Shown here in pieces: positions 38,447 to 50,567 of a stretch of 64,000 nucleotides of DNA. The position numbers and the translations under genes are program-made. Every line of letters begins with the position of its first letter. Within the stretch, counting starts at the first letter, position 1. The notes under the pieces were generated by a model. It saw only the letters and a list, made by a program, of their open reading frames with translations. It was not told the DNA's origin and did not search any database. The stretch spans positions 19,267,707 to 19,331,706 of the forward strand of contig JAHRHZ010000140.1 of assembly GCA_024137785.1 (NCBI GenBank), in the 5' to 3' direction. The stretch is from Ginglymostoma cirratum. Lineage: Eukaryota.

Positions 38447-39649
38447 CTAGGAAAACAAATGGTTAAAATTGCCATTGGATATTTACCAGAGTCTCGCAAA
38501 AGTATTCCATAAAACATCCCATGCAACTTTTCAAGAAATATCTAACACTGATTACTGATAAATAATTGCATATATTAAAATATAATTTCTTTATCCACAA
38601 CTGGTTCAAATTTGAGAAAAAGATTTTAAAATGTCAGACGGAATAGATTAGATTTTTCAAAAGGTCTTAATTTCAAACATCATACCATTGAAGCAGAGAG
38701 AAAAGGATCGGATCAATGTATTATTGATAAAAGTGAAAGACGGCAAGGTGTTAGGCCAAGATATGGAGATTTATTTGTTTCCAGTCACTCCAAGTTAGTT
38801 AAGAGCAAAAACATTGGTAGAGCAATGATGGCTGGCACACTACACTAAGAGTTTGAACCTGCCGGCCACCGTTTTAGATAATACTATCCCATAACAATCA
38901 CATAGGATTTTCAGCAAAATTTCTTTTTTGAAAAAAAAGGAAACTGGGAAAGTAGGGTTGTGTACAATGGAGAATTAGAAATAAACAGCCAAGTAAATTG
39001 AAAAGCGTATTGTATTAAATAGTATGCATATGTACTCAATACAATTCAGTTTAATCTTTTGAAAGTTGCCAGCAATTTCACTGAATCAGAGTAATGAAAC
39101 TACTAAGCCAAAGTTACTATCAGAGTTAGAATTTTCTTTACAAGTTTATCGTCGAATTTAGATATTTTATTTCAAACAACTGTGTTTTTAAAATTGCAGG
39201 ACTATCAAGACAAATGATGTGTTTGAGGGGAGGTTAGACGTGTATGCGTGAGGAAGAAGGGAAGATTTTTACAATGGTAGACTCAGTTGAGAATAAAATG
39301 AGGGCAGATTCAAGTAGAACGTGAAGTATGGACAGGTTAGACTAAATGTCCTGTTTCTGTGCCATACATTCTCGGTTTGTAATTTAACTGATGTAAAGAC
39401 TTTGTAAAGACAAAGCTGGTTACAGCGTATCTAAATCACATTCACTAATTTTGAACAGATAATCCAATATTATTACGCCAGCTTTTCTCTTAAAACATTT
39501 TTTATAACTTTTAAGTGTTACAATGTACACTGCTTGCCACAGAAGTTTACAGCGCCGAAGGCTTCCCAGGTCACATCTGTCAGCTTTTTTACCTCAAACA
39601 ATTTCTATCTACTCTCGCTGTTCCAAGCCTTCCCATCACTCTGCAAATT

Positions 39650-41530
39650 CATCTCCTTAAAATGCCTCTGACAAACACAACCACCTTCCTTTGTGCCAAG
39701 TATGACTCCAACAAGTGCAGTTTGCCACTGATAGCAGTTTTGCATGGGCTTCTTGATGCCACACTTGGCCAAATGCAGCCTTGACGTCAAGGGCTGTCAC
39801 TCTGAATGCACCTCTCAAATTCAGCTCTTTTGTCCATGTTTGAACCTTGGCTGTAATGAGGTCAAGAGCCGAGTGGCCCTGGTGGAACCCATTGAGCAGA
39901 TTATTGCTGAGCAGATGTTGTTTGAATGTACAGTTGGTGAAACCTTCCAGCATTTCATTGATGATAGAGAGAGTAAGCTGGTGAGATGGTAATTGGCTGG
40001 GTTGGACTAGTTTTGCTGTTTGTATACAGGACAATACCTGGCCAGTTTTTCATATTGTCAGATTGATGCCAGTGTTGTAACTGTACTGGAACAGTGTGAC
40101 TAGGGAAGTGGCAAGTTTTGAAGCAAAGGTCATCAGTATTATTGCTGGTATGCTATCAGTGCCCATAGCTTTTGCAGTATACAGTATCTCCAAATATTTC
40201 TTAATATCAAACACAGTGAATGGACTTAGCTGAAGACTGGCATCTGTAATGCTGGGGACTACTGGCAGAGGCTGAGATGGATCATCACTTAGCACACCTA
40301 GCTGAAGGTTGCTATGAATGCTTCAGCCTTATCGTTTACACCGATGCGGTGGGCTCCTCCATCATTGAGGATGTGGATATGGATATTTGTGAAACCTCCT
40401 GCTGCAGAGAGTAGTTGTCCACTATTATTCGTCTGGATGTGGCAAGACTGTCAAGCTTAGATCTGATTGGTTAGTTGAAGGATCACTTAGCTCTATCTAT
40501 CACTTACTGCTTATGTAAGTAGTTCTGTTTTGGAGCTTCACCAGGCTGACATCTCATAATTAGGAATGCCGCATGGCATTGTGCACACTCCACTGAACCA
40601 GGGTTGACCCCCTGGCTTGATCAAAATGGTTGAGTGGGGGATATACCAAGCTACCAGGTTGCAGACGGTGTTGGGAGTACAATTCTGCCGCTGCTGATGG
40701 CTCACAGCAGCTCATGGATGCCGTCTTGAGTTGCTCCATCTGTTTGAAGTCTGTCCCAATTAGCACAGTGATAGTGCCACACCACATGATGGAAGTTTTT
40801 CCTAATGTAAAGATGGGGCTTGCTGGTGCAGTAATCACCCTTATCAATACTGTCATGAACAGATGCATATGATGCCTGCAGACAGGTAAGAATGAGGTCA
40901 AATATGTTTTTCTCTCTTGTTGGCTCCCACGCCACCTGCCACAGACCCAGTCTAGCAGCTATGTCTTTTAGGACCCAAACAACTCAATCAGTAGAGTTGC
41001 TTCTAAGCCACACTTGGTGGTGAACACTGAAATCCTCCATCTAGAGTGTATATTGTGCCGTTGCCAACCTTAGTGCTTCCTTTAAGTTTGTTCAACATAA
41101 AGAAGTACTGATTCATCAGCCGAGGGATGACACTAAATAGCGGTCAGCAGCAGGTTTCCTTGCCCAGGTTTAACCTGAAGCCGTGAGACTTCAGGAGGTC
41201 CAGAGTCAACATTAAGGGCTCTGAAGGCAACTCCCTCCTGACTGCATATCACTGGGCCGCCACCTCTGCTGGATTTCAATTGCCAGTGGGACAGGACATA
41301 TCCAGGGTTGGTGATGGTGGTGTCTGGGACATGATCTGTCAAGTATGATTCTGAGAGTATGATTACATCAAGCTGTTTCTTCACTAATCTGTGAGACAGC
41401 TCTCCCAATTTTGGTACCTGTCCCCAGATGTTGGTAAGGAGGACTTCGCAGGGTTGACAGGGCTGTTTCTGATGCCTGGGTCGATGCCAGATGGTGCACC
41501 AATTTCATTTCTTTCTTGAGACTTCATAGT
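39650..41530 (-). mobile_element. CR1/L2-group LINE ORF2 relic (APE plus RT N-terminus)
   Basis: DVIILSESYL...PGYVL...SRGGG; EPTREKNIFDLILT; KAMGTDSIP; GFHQGHSALDL...VTALDVKAAFGQVWH. Confidence 0.8.
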
Positions 41531-41800
41531 GATTGATGCAACTGAGTGGCTTGCTGGGCCATTTCAGAGGGCAGTTAAGAGTCAATAACATTGCTGTTGG
41601 TCTAGAGTCACAAGTAGACCAGACCAGGTGAGGATGGCAGATTTTGTCCCTGAAGGACATCAGTGAGCCAGATAGCTTTTTCTGATAATCAACAATGGTT
41701 TCATGGCCCTCAGTAGATTCTTAATTCCAGACATTTTTTACTGAATTCAAATTCCATTATCTGCTGTGGTGGGATTCAAACCTGGGTCCCCAGAACAAAG
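41530..41800 (-). mobile_element. tRNA-like head and body (second SINE family) directly upstream of the LINE ORF
   Basis: Minus strand: gacccaggtttgaatcccaccacagcagataatggaatttgaattc...; contiguous with the LINE start. Confidence 0.7.
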
Positions 41801-41829
41801 GGTAAGTGCACAAAACAGTGATTTCATCC

Positions 41830-42740
41830 ACGTCCAGGCGGGTCTCCCTCATCCCCCAAGTAGGTGTATGAATTTCTTTCAAAAGCCTTCCCTTCATCCA
41901 AGCCCATAAGGTAGGTATCCACCCCTTGTCTTGCACGTAGGCAATTGTATCCCTGAGGAGCGCGAGGCTCTTGGGAACCTTTGTGCCTGGTACAGCACAC
42001 GTTTGATTGGAGTGAATCACTGATGCCACACATAACTGACCTGGTTGGCAATGACCTTGGACAATATTCTGTAGTCCACATTCAACAGTGAATTTAATTG
42101 CCAATTTCGATTTTCGTCCCTCTCCCCCTTCTGCTCACAGATAAGGGTGATGATACCTTTCCTTGTGGAGTGGCACATGCTACCTGCAAGAAGCAAAGTA
42201 CAATGCAATTGGCTGAAATTTGCCAATTCAAATTTCTCCTCCATTTTTGTGGAGAGAACAGCTTTGAGCAACTTTCCACATTTTCAGGCTAATCAAATCC
42301 CATGGAGCTGGATCCAACTTGGCCAGTAAGGTGCCACTTCCAGGAGTTTTATTCTTTTCAAAAGATTCAAGAGCCTTTGTCAGCTCATCCAGAGATGATA
42401 ATTGGTTTAGCCTCTTCCATGTGCTGTCGTCTAAGATTTCCATGATAGAGGTCAGGAACAACTGGAGAGGTCATGCTCTCTATGGGCTTCATATCATACA
42501 GTATGGCATAAAAGGATTTACTGATCCACAGGAAGTCAGACTGAGATGACATTTCTGAACCATCCACTTCCATCAGGCTGTTGATCACAGGGCTCTCCTT
42601 GGTCACCTTCTCCAGGAAGAAACACAAGCACATCTCATCTTGTTTGATGGAGCAAACCATGGACTGAAAGATCATCTTGGAGGCCTCAAGGCAAAGAGCA
42701 AGGCTCACTGGCTCTTCACCTCCTTGAGATCCTCCCTTCC
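41830..42740 (-). mobile_element. Tx1/L1-clade LINE RT fragment
   Basis: SLDELTKALESFEKNKTPG; RKGIITLI..KG; LLNVDYRILSKVIAN; IHSNQTCAVPG; LLRDTIAY; LDEGKAFER. Confidence 0.8.
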
Positions 42741-44519
42741 TGTTGTCTCCAGTTTTACTGGGGCTTCTTGATGCCATAATTGGTCAAATGTTTCATTGAT
42801 GTCAAGGCAATCACCGTTAGCTCACCTCCTGCGTTCAGCTCTTTAGTCCGTGCACGGAACAAGGCTGAATTAAGGTCGCAGCTGAGCAGCCCCAGCAGAA
42901 TCCAAACTTAGCAATAATGAAAGGGTTATTTTGGAGCAACTGCCGTTTGTTAGCACTGTTGATAACAATAACACATGCTGCAGATGATAAGTACAATGCA
43001 ATTGGCTGAAATTTGCCAATTCAGATTTGTCCATCATTTTCTGCAACTTTCCACATTTTCAGACAGATTCCAGCATTGTGTACGATTAACAAAGTTGTCA
43101 GGATCACCATCTTTACAGCATCCCAATGTCTTCACACATTTCCCAATATTAAATAAAATGAATACAGTTGGCCAAAGACTTGTACCTGTGATGTCAGGGA
43201 CTTGAGGAGGAGTCTGCGAATGGACTATTCATTTGGCACTACTAGCTGAAGGTGCTGGCAAACAATTCAGCCTTGTCTTTTGCACTAACGTGCAGGGCTC
43301 TCCATCATTCAGAACAGGAATGGTTGTGGAGCCTTCTCCTCCAGATATTTGTTTAACTGTCCACCATCATTTATGACTGCATATGGCAGGACTACAGAGC
43401 TTAGACTTGATCTGTTAGTGTGGGATTGCATAGGTCTGTCTATCACACATTTGTTCCACTGGTATTGCCTTTCTGAATAAATTTGGTTGAATTTCTCCTC
43501 CAAACTCACATCTTAAACAGTGTTATCTGGTTGACTTAGAAGCATATATGGATATTCACTGTATTACAATGAACAAAAATTGAAAACAATACCAGCACAA
43601 AATCAAATGCATTGCACTACCAACTTCAAATTCCCCCAATAACTCAAATAATATTGTCAAAACACACTTGGGAGAATAATCAGAATGTGACCATTAAATT
43701 TTTGAAACAAAATACAATAATTCCTTTCAAATAACCGTAAATCAACCACTAATGAAATTAAATACATTCCTGCCTTATTCTGCCAGATAGGGAAGTAAAA
43801 TTTAAATGACTGCTGCACAAACAAAAATTGCACTTACTGTATTTGAGGCCTTTTTTTTAAATGGACTGATTTGCATAATTCACTGTGTGGAATTAGTTAA
43901 TACTTTTACTATGCCATTGAATTCATCAGAGATCAATGTTACAGATACAAATGCCTATTGTCAGCCATAAGCATACTGTTGAATTAATGGATGATCTGAC
44001 AAATCTCATGTGATAACACCAAAAAAGTTGGAAATACTCAACAGGTCAGACAGCATCTGTGTAGCTAGAAGCAGAGTTACTGTTTCAGGACAATGATTTT
44101 CCGTTACAACGTAATAATAGATTTTAAACAAGGTAGAAAGTGGGAAAATAGGGAAAGTCTCTGATAGAGTAGAAGACAGTGCCTTTATTTTGAAATGAAA
44201 GGAAGCAATTAACCTAAACTACATTAAAGAATTATTACAAATAGGAAATAGACTAGTATCTGTATGGAGTGAAGTAGTGTACACTGTCTTCTGAAGCATG
44301 TTACGTCCAAGGACAGCTAAGCATTGCAACATCCAAGCCAGAGGAGATAACCTATTGACAGTTATCTCACACATTCACCTCAAGGATACTTGGATGACTT
44401 TCTAACTGCATTAAACTGCTCAGTTTTCACTCATCTAAAGCCAAAACCACTTTGCAGCAAATGAAAACTATGCTATTTAGTAAGATTGAAAATTCAAATA
44501 TAATTGAAACATTCAATAG

Positions 44520-45190
44520 AGGGGTTCAGGTACATAATTCTTTGAAATTTGCACTGCATGTATATAGAGTATTAAGACTGTGTTTAGCATGGTTGTGTTC
44601 ATTGCTCAGACCACCAAGTATAGGAGTTGGAACATCATGCTGAGATTGTACAGGATGTTGGTGAGGCCACTTTAGGAGTACTGCGCACAGTTCTGGTTGC
44701 CCTACTATAGGAAGGATATTATTAAATTGGAGAGGATTAAGAAAAAGTTACTAGGATGTTGCCAAGACTTGAAGGTTTGAGTTATATGAAGAGGCTGGAT
44801 AGGCTGGAGCTTCTTTTCCTGGAGAGGTGGTGGTTAATGGGTGACCTTGTAGAGGTTTGCAAAATCATGAGGGGCAAAGATAAGGTGAATATCATAGATC
44901 TTTTCTCTGGGGTTGGGCAGTTCAAAACCAGGGGACATATTTTTAAGATGAGAGGAGAAAGATTTAAAAGGGACCTGAAGGGAACTTCTTCAGAGAGTGG
45001 CTCGTATGTGGAATGAACTGCCTGAGAAGTGGTAGATGCAGGTACAGTTAGAACATTCAAAAGACATTTGGACAGGTACATGAATAGGAAAGGTTTACAG
45101 AGATATGGGCTAAACACAGGCAAATGGAAAAACTTAGTTAGCATGGACAAGTTGGACTGAAAGGTCTGTTTCTGTGCTGAATGACTCTAG
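44520..45190 (+). mobile_element. CR1/HER1 LINE 3' end
   Basis: ORF MLPRLEGLSYMKRLDRLELL...GDLVEVCKIMRG; tail ...ctgaatgactcta. Confidence 0.85.
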
Positions 45191-45261
45191 CACTGAATCA
45201 AAAGACAGTTTGCACAGAAAATTGATATCCGATAGGTATTCCAACTTTTACTTCAACTTAC

Positions 45262-45380
45262 CACAGAGCAGTTGCTGGTTATAGAAATGCATTTCTTATC
45301 CTCACACCACTGACACCCATTCATATTGGCTGTACAGCTGCCACAGTCTGTATATTTGAAACAGCTGTCATCTGTAGTTG
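45262..45380 (-). CDS. ATRNL1: ATRNL1 exon, 119 nt (PSI)
   Basis: ttgcag|CA ACT ACA GAT...TCT GTG|gtaagt; DDSCFKYTDCGSCTANMNGCQWCEDKKCISITSNCSV. Confidence 0.95.
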
Positions 45381-47082
45381 CTGCAATACAAATAAGTGAA
45401 GAAATTAATTTCTGAAAAGGAACTGAATTTAAAAAGGTTTCATCCAAGCAGATGACATTCTTGCTCTAACTGCAGTGTCACTGACAGGTTCTCGCTTTAG
45501 CTAGTGGACAACTTTATGAATACTAGCTAACAACTAACAAATTTGCAGTCATCAATATCACAGTTACTAATTTCACAATTGTTTCCAATAACTTCGCTCA
45601 GCATTTCAACTTTATTTTCTATGTTTACTTTAAGAGCATTGATCCTGGTTTTATATGACACGGTTATAGTTAACATTATTGCAGAGCTGAATAGTTTCAA
45701 TGTAAAGTAAACTGGAAAATGAAAAACAAAACTACAGAATAACTCTTTCTCAAATGGATGCTTTGCATACGTTCATGTTACCAAATCTGCTCTTTCGCAA
45801 TGTACTTTGATATCTGCTACAGTGGCCCATTTTTCTTATTCAATCACAGCATGTGGGCATTGTTAGCAAAACCAGTGTTTACCATCTTGTTGACAACTAA
45901 GTGGTTCGCTATACAATTTCAGAGACTAGTTAACAGCCAACCACATTACTCTGAACTTGGGAGTTAGCAGACGAGGCAAGGGCAGATTTCCTTCTATTAT
46001 ACAACATAAGAGAACCAGATGGGTTTGTAGGTAATCTGGTGGTGGAATGGGGATCATTAGTGGTCCTATCTTTTTATTCCAGATTTATTGAAGTGTCTAA
46101 GTTTAAATGCCTCAGTTGTCATGGTGGGACTTGGGTGCATGGAGTAGAATCTTAGAAATCTGAAGAAAATGGGATATAGCAACTTTTGTGGCAGAATCGA
46201 ATGAGAAATCCATATCTAGCATGACATCAGGAACATTATACTCTTGCTGAGCAGCGAAGCAAATTTCTCAACAAGCAGTAAGTTGCCAATTAAATGGATC
46301 ATTGTTTGGTAAATGACTTGTTAATGCCATATTCACCTAATTAATATTCAGCTTCCCATCTTACCAAACAGGCTGAACAAGCTAGGTGTACAGAAATCTT
46401 GACGTGGAAATCAGAGAGGATATCTGGCAGCTTAGCTCACCACTGGCTACAAACAGGCTCCCATGTTGGTCAGCACAAACCAATTCAGAGCATGATCCAC
46501 AGGCACCAGCTGCATTCAACTCTCATCCACGTAAACTGGCATCTGGCTTTTGCAAACTTATGATCATTATGGTACTTCTCTGATCCACTTGAAGGGTGCT
46601 TAGAAAGCAAAGACTTGCACTGTAACACACACCAGCAACTAGCATTGAAAGGTTGCAGTAGGAATACTTTGTGCTTAGGAACAAGCACCCAGCTCACAGA
46701 ACAATCCATCTCATTCTCAGGGCTGCTCACTTGCTGTCTTTAATGCTCACTTAGTGAGCAATTACCATCACTGTTGCAGAATCCAAGTCTTGACTTACCT
46801 TGCCTACCATGCCTCTTAACACTTCAGCCACAGCCAAAAGCCATCAATACTGTACTGACATGTTCATTTATCCAGACACAGACAGGCTGCTTGTCATGTC
46901 AACAGATTGTACTGACTGGCAAGAGGCTGGGGATCAGGGCACCTTGATGTAGGATACACAGAGATGCCAGTGGCATACACCCATCATTTATCCAGTTCTG
47001 AAGTCATATTGGACTTGAAACCTTAATTTTCATAACTCCTATCAGAGATCATGCTAAACCTGCTGAGTTTCTCCTGTTTCAC

Positions 47083-47677
47083 AGATAGTAGGAACTGCAG
47101 ATGCTGGAGAATCTAAGTTAACAAGGTTAACAAGGTTATCTAAGTTAACTAAGTAAAAACCAAGTACACGAGAAACTCAGATAACAAGGTGTAGAGGTGG
47201 ATGAACACAGCAGGCCAAGCAGCATCAGAGGAGCAGGAAGTCTGNNNNNNNNNNNNNNNNNNNNNNNNNNNNNNNNNNNNNNNNNNNNNNNNNNNNNNNN
47301 NNNNNNNNNNNNNNNNNNNNNNNNNNNNNNNNNNNNNNNNNNNNNNNNNNNNNNNNNNNNNNNNNNNNNNNNNNNNNNNNNNNNNNNNNNNNNNNNNNNN
47401 NNNNNNNNNNNNNNNNNNNNNNNNNNNNNNNNNNNNNNNNNNNNNNNNNNNNNNNNNNNNNNNNNNNNNNNNNNNNNNNNNNNNNNNNNNNNNNNNNNNN
47501 NNNNNNNNNNNNNNNNNNNNNNNNNNNNNNNNNNNNNNNNNNNNNNNNNNNNNNNNNNNNNNNNNNNNNNNNNNNNNNNNNNNNNNNNNNNNNNNNNNNN
47601 NNNNNNNNNNNNNNNNNNNNNNNNNNNNNNNNNNNNNNNNNNNNCTGCTGTGTTCATCCACCTCTACACCTTGTTAT
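47083..47677 (-). mobile_element. PLE-derived hairpin element spanning a 400-N gap, inserted in an older PLE remnant
   Basis: Tail agatagtaggaactgcagatgctggagaatct plus mirrored arms; probable TSD ctgagtttctc(c/g)tgt at 47063 and 47678. Confidence 0.7.
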
Positions 47678-47721
47678 CTGAGTTTCTCGTGTACTTGGTT
47701 TTTACTTTAGGTATGGTAAAA

Positions 47722-48240
47722 TAGTGGTAGTGGTATTGTACTTATAATTCAGATGTTATCCTTACACAGTGTGAATCTAAAGCAATGTGATTGAGTGTTA
47801 ACTGCCCTCTGAAATGGCCTAGCAAGACAATTATGAAGACAGGTAAGAAATCCAAAATCAAAACAACCATCGAGCTTTGAAACAGATACAGATGGTACAA
47901 AGGCACCCAATTAAGCATGCAAAGTTCTCATTAGCAACTGGAGACTTGCATCACATTTGGAACAGCTTACCCATAGAATTGTTAAGGAATAATCTGACAT
48001 TGGCCACAAGATGTGCTTTTGAGTCTCACCAAGTTCCAGACACCTCTGCCACCATCCATGGAATATCTTGTCCTGGTGGTTGGGTGGATTCACCAGAGGT
48101 GGTTAAACAGGATATATTTGGGAGACTGTGGCCTGGAAACACTGATTTCAGACCCAAAAAATTTCATAGCACTCGTGCAAATATGAACAAGGAAACACAG
48201 TCTGCTGATTACCATCCACCACCTTCTCTCAGCTAATGTA
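47722..48240 (+). mobile_element. Decayed SINE-like head followed by the APE start of the CR1/L2-group LINE
   Basis: ttaactgccctctgaaatggcctagcaag, then ...gcaaagttctcattagcaac...ccagacacctctgccaccatcc; parallels 41133-41800. Confidence 0.55.
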
Positions 48241-49129
48241 TCAGTACACCACCTTATTAAATGCCACATAGAATTAGTATGGAAATCTACCCTGGACGGA
48301 GACCCCACCCCCCACCCCTCACCAAAAAGTGGTTCACCAACCCCACTTGTGAGAAAGTTGGTTAAGTCCAGATGGAAATATCTGCTAGACCGGGTTGGGT
48401 CTGTTCCCTCAAATTTACTTGTCATGAATACATCTAGCCTTAACAGTATTAGTAAGAGTGAACCCTGCACATTCTTTGTGGAGGTAAAGCTCCATCCTCA
48501 TTGAGAGCACTTCAGTGCACTGTGTGGCGCCATCACTGTGCTCAAAACAAAGTACTGTGCACAATTTTGGATACAATTGCATTGGAAACTGCAAAAAGGT
48601 TCACTCAACTGATTTTTGGGATGAAGTTGAAGTCTCGTAATATTATATCTATTAGAGTTTAGAAGTCTGAAAGGCTGGTCTCATTGAAACATACAAGCCT
48701 CCGAGTGGGCTTGACAAGTGGTACTGAAAGATGCATCCCTTTACTGAAACAAGGAGACCCACAGTTTAATACTATATCACTTGCCATAAAATGTAGAAGA
48801 AGAGATTTATTTTTCTCATCATTAGTCTCTGGAATTCTGTTCCTAAAGAACAGCAGAGGCACAGTCATTGAATATTTTTCAAGCTGAGTTAGACAGATTC
48901 TTGACTGACAAGGTAAACAGGAAGCCAGAGTCAGATTAAGCATGGTTTTATCAAATCATGGAGTAGATTCAAGGGACTAAAGGACTAACTCTGCCATTAA
49001 CATCTGGTATTATGCTAAAGGGCAATATGTTTTCAAGCTTTGTTTACATGACACCTCAGAATTTGTGAAGCTTGCTGTTCCTTACTTGAACCACATTGCT
49101 GATTCTATATCACGTTCTTTTTTGCCTTA

Positions 49130-49360
49130 AGCTTTAGAATTGCATCTAGTCTTGAAATCCCCCATTCCCCAACAACTATCATGAACTCCATCTATACCCC
49201 TCATTATTTTATAAACTTCCATAAGGTCACCACTCAACCTTCTACACTCCAGTGAAAAAAGTCCCAGTCTATTCAGCCTTTGTTTATAACTCAAACCTTC
49301 CATCCCAAGCAACATCCTAGTAAATCTCTTCTGAACCCTTTCTAGCTTAATAATATTCAA
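49130..49360 (-). mobile_element. CR1 fragment
   Basis: IKLERVQKRFTRMLLGMEGLSYKQRLNRLGLFSLECRRLSGDLMEVYKIMRG. Confidence 0.85.
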
Positions 49361-49716
49361 AGTCTTAAGGATACTACTAGTACTAGATTTTTAACAACTA
49401 CTAATTTAATGACTTCCATTCCACGGTACCATATTGTACTACAACAGAATATTTGATATATACACTTCAACGCCAACATTGTTTTGCGAAATCCTATTCC
49501 TCAGTACAGCCAGTTAAAAAATGAGAGTTAAAGCTAGCCTTGTTTGTCATACATAAGATAAAATGGACAAAACAAGAATTATAGATTAATTTACATGCCA
49601 TACTTCTACTATTCCCTAAATTATTCTAACAGTTCTGATTCACTGTAAGGAAGGAGCCTGCTTAACGACTGAAAAATTCTAGTCTAAGTTGATATTCACG
49701 TGTTATCAGTACTTAC

Positions 49717-49925
49717 TGGTTTTGAGGGGACATTTCACCTCATGGAAGCTACTATTACTTTGGCCTAGTTCCCACGGAACACAATGATGCTTGTGCCACA
49801 AACACCTAATACCTGGACCAGCATTCAAACAAAGATCTTCACTGAAGGCTTCACAGCTTGAAGGTTTGTACACGAGGACATCATTCAAAAGCATACTGGA
49901 GAAACCGCCAAACACATACATAGAT
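49717..49925 (-). CDS. ATRNL1: ATRNL1 exon, 209 nt (kelch end and PSI)
   Basis: ccag|A TCT ATG TAT...AAA ACC A|gtaagt; SMYVFGGFSSMLLNDVLVYKPSSC...CPLKT (ORF 49706..49951). Confidence 0.95.
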
Positions 49926-50482
49926 CTGGAAGAAGAGGAGAAAAGCATCATTCACAAGTACATAAAAACTTATTTCGCAATGTCTATAGCAGGTACTAAA
50001 ACAGGATAGCACTAGCATACAAATTAATGAGACACAGGTGATTACTACATTTCCCAACACGGGTTATCAGTTCAAGGACGAGGTACAAACTAAGTTCAGC
50101 AACATCGCTCACGAGGAATGAAGTGTGTTGAATTTGTCTGGTTCAGCACTGGCAGCACCAAGAGCATGCAAGTACATTCTCCAATACCCTCTCAGCCAAA
50201 GAACAAGCACTGTTTTCAAATTAAGGGCAGAAAATGCATTTTTTAAAAGGTCAGGCAAACATAACATGAAAAAAATAGTATGTAAAAGCTGGTCTAAAGA
50301 CTTCTGTTCCTAAATTAATGCACTTTTCCATCATTCACATTGCTAATTGGAGAAAAGAATGCCAAATTTTAGTCAATCAGCAACAAATGCCAGGAAAGAT
50401 AATAGTGCAATAAAGAAAAGTTTCTTTGACCACTGAGATAAATGGAATGAGAAAATAGACACAGAGGAAATAATGGACTCAC

Positions 50483-50567
50483 CCATTGCTTACAACTGCT
50501 GAGTGTCCAAATCTATTGAGGTCACGATGCAAATTGGGTTTTGGAAGTATTGTCCATTCATCACAGG
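50483..50567 (-). CDS. ATRNL1: ATRNL1 exon, 85 nt (kelch repeat)
   Basis: cag|CC TGT GAT GAA TGG...AGC AAT GG|gtgagt; encodes CDEWTILPKPNLHRDLNRFGHSAVVSNG; too short for the ORF track. Confidence 0.93.

Larger units (their letters stand above)
879..50567 (-). other. ATRNL1: Partial gene span of attractin-like protein 1 (8 internal coding exons; gene continues beyond both window edges)
   Basis: Exons splice in frame (intron phases 1|2|1|0|1|0|1|1|1) to give ...CDEWTILPKPNLHRDLNRFGHSAVVSNGSMYVFGGFSS...CEKPVVSPNQKARPC...WAFIQCP. This follows recalled human ATRNL1 (CDEWKILPKPNLHRDVNRFGHSAV; WVGLRKINISYWGWEDMSPFTNTTLQWLPGEPNDSGFC) more closely than ATRN. From memory these are about exons 11-18. 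Confidence 0.93.

Noticed and set aside
16763-47724. Long ORFs of 140-250 aa at 16763-17531, 32351-32908 and 47145-47724
   Set aside because: They are artefacts of translating through 400-N gaps.
879-50567. Calling the gene ATRN (attractin)
   Set aside because: The peptides (INISYWGWEDMSPFTNTTLQW, AHLCGEGWSH, VSPNQ.ARPC) follow recalled ATRNL1 more closely; a phylogeny or synteny check would confirm.
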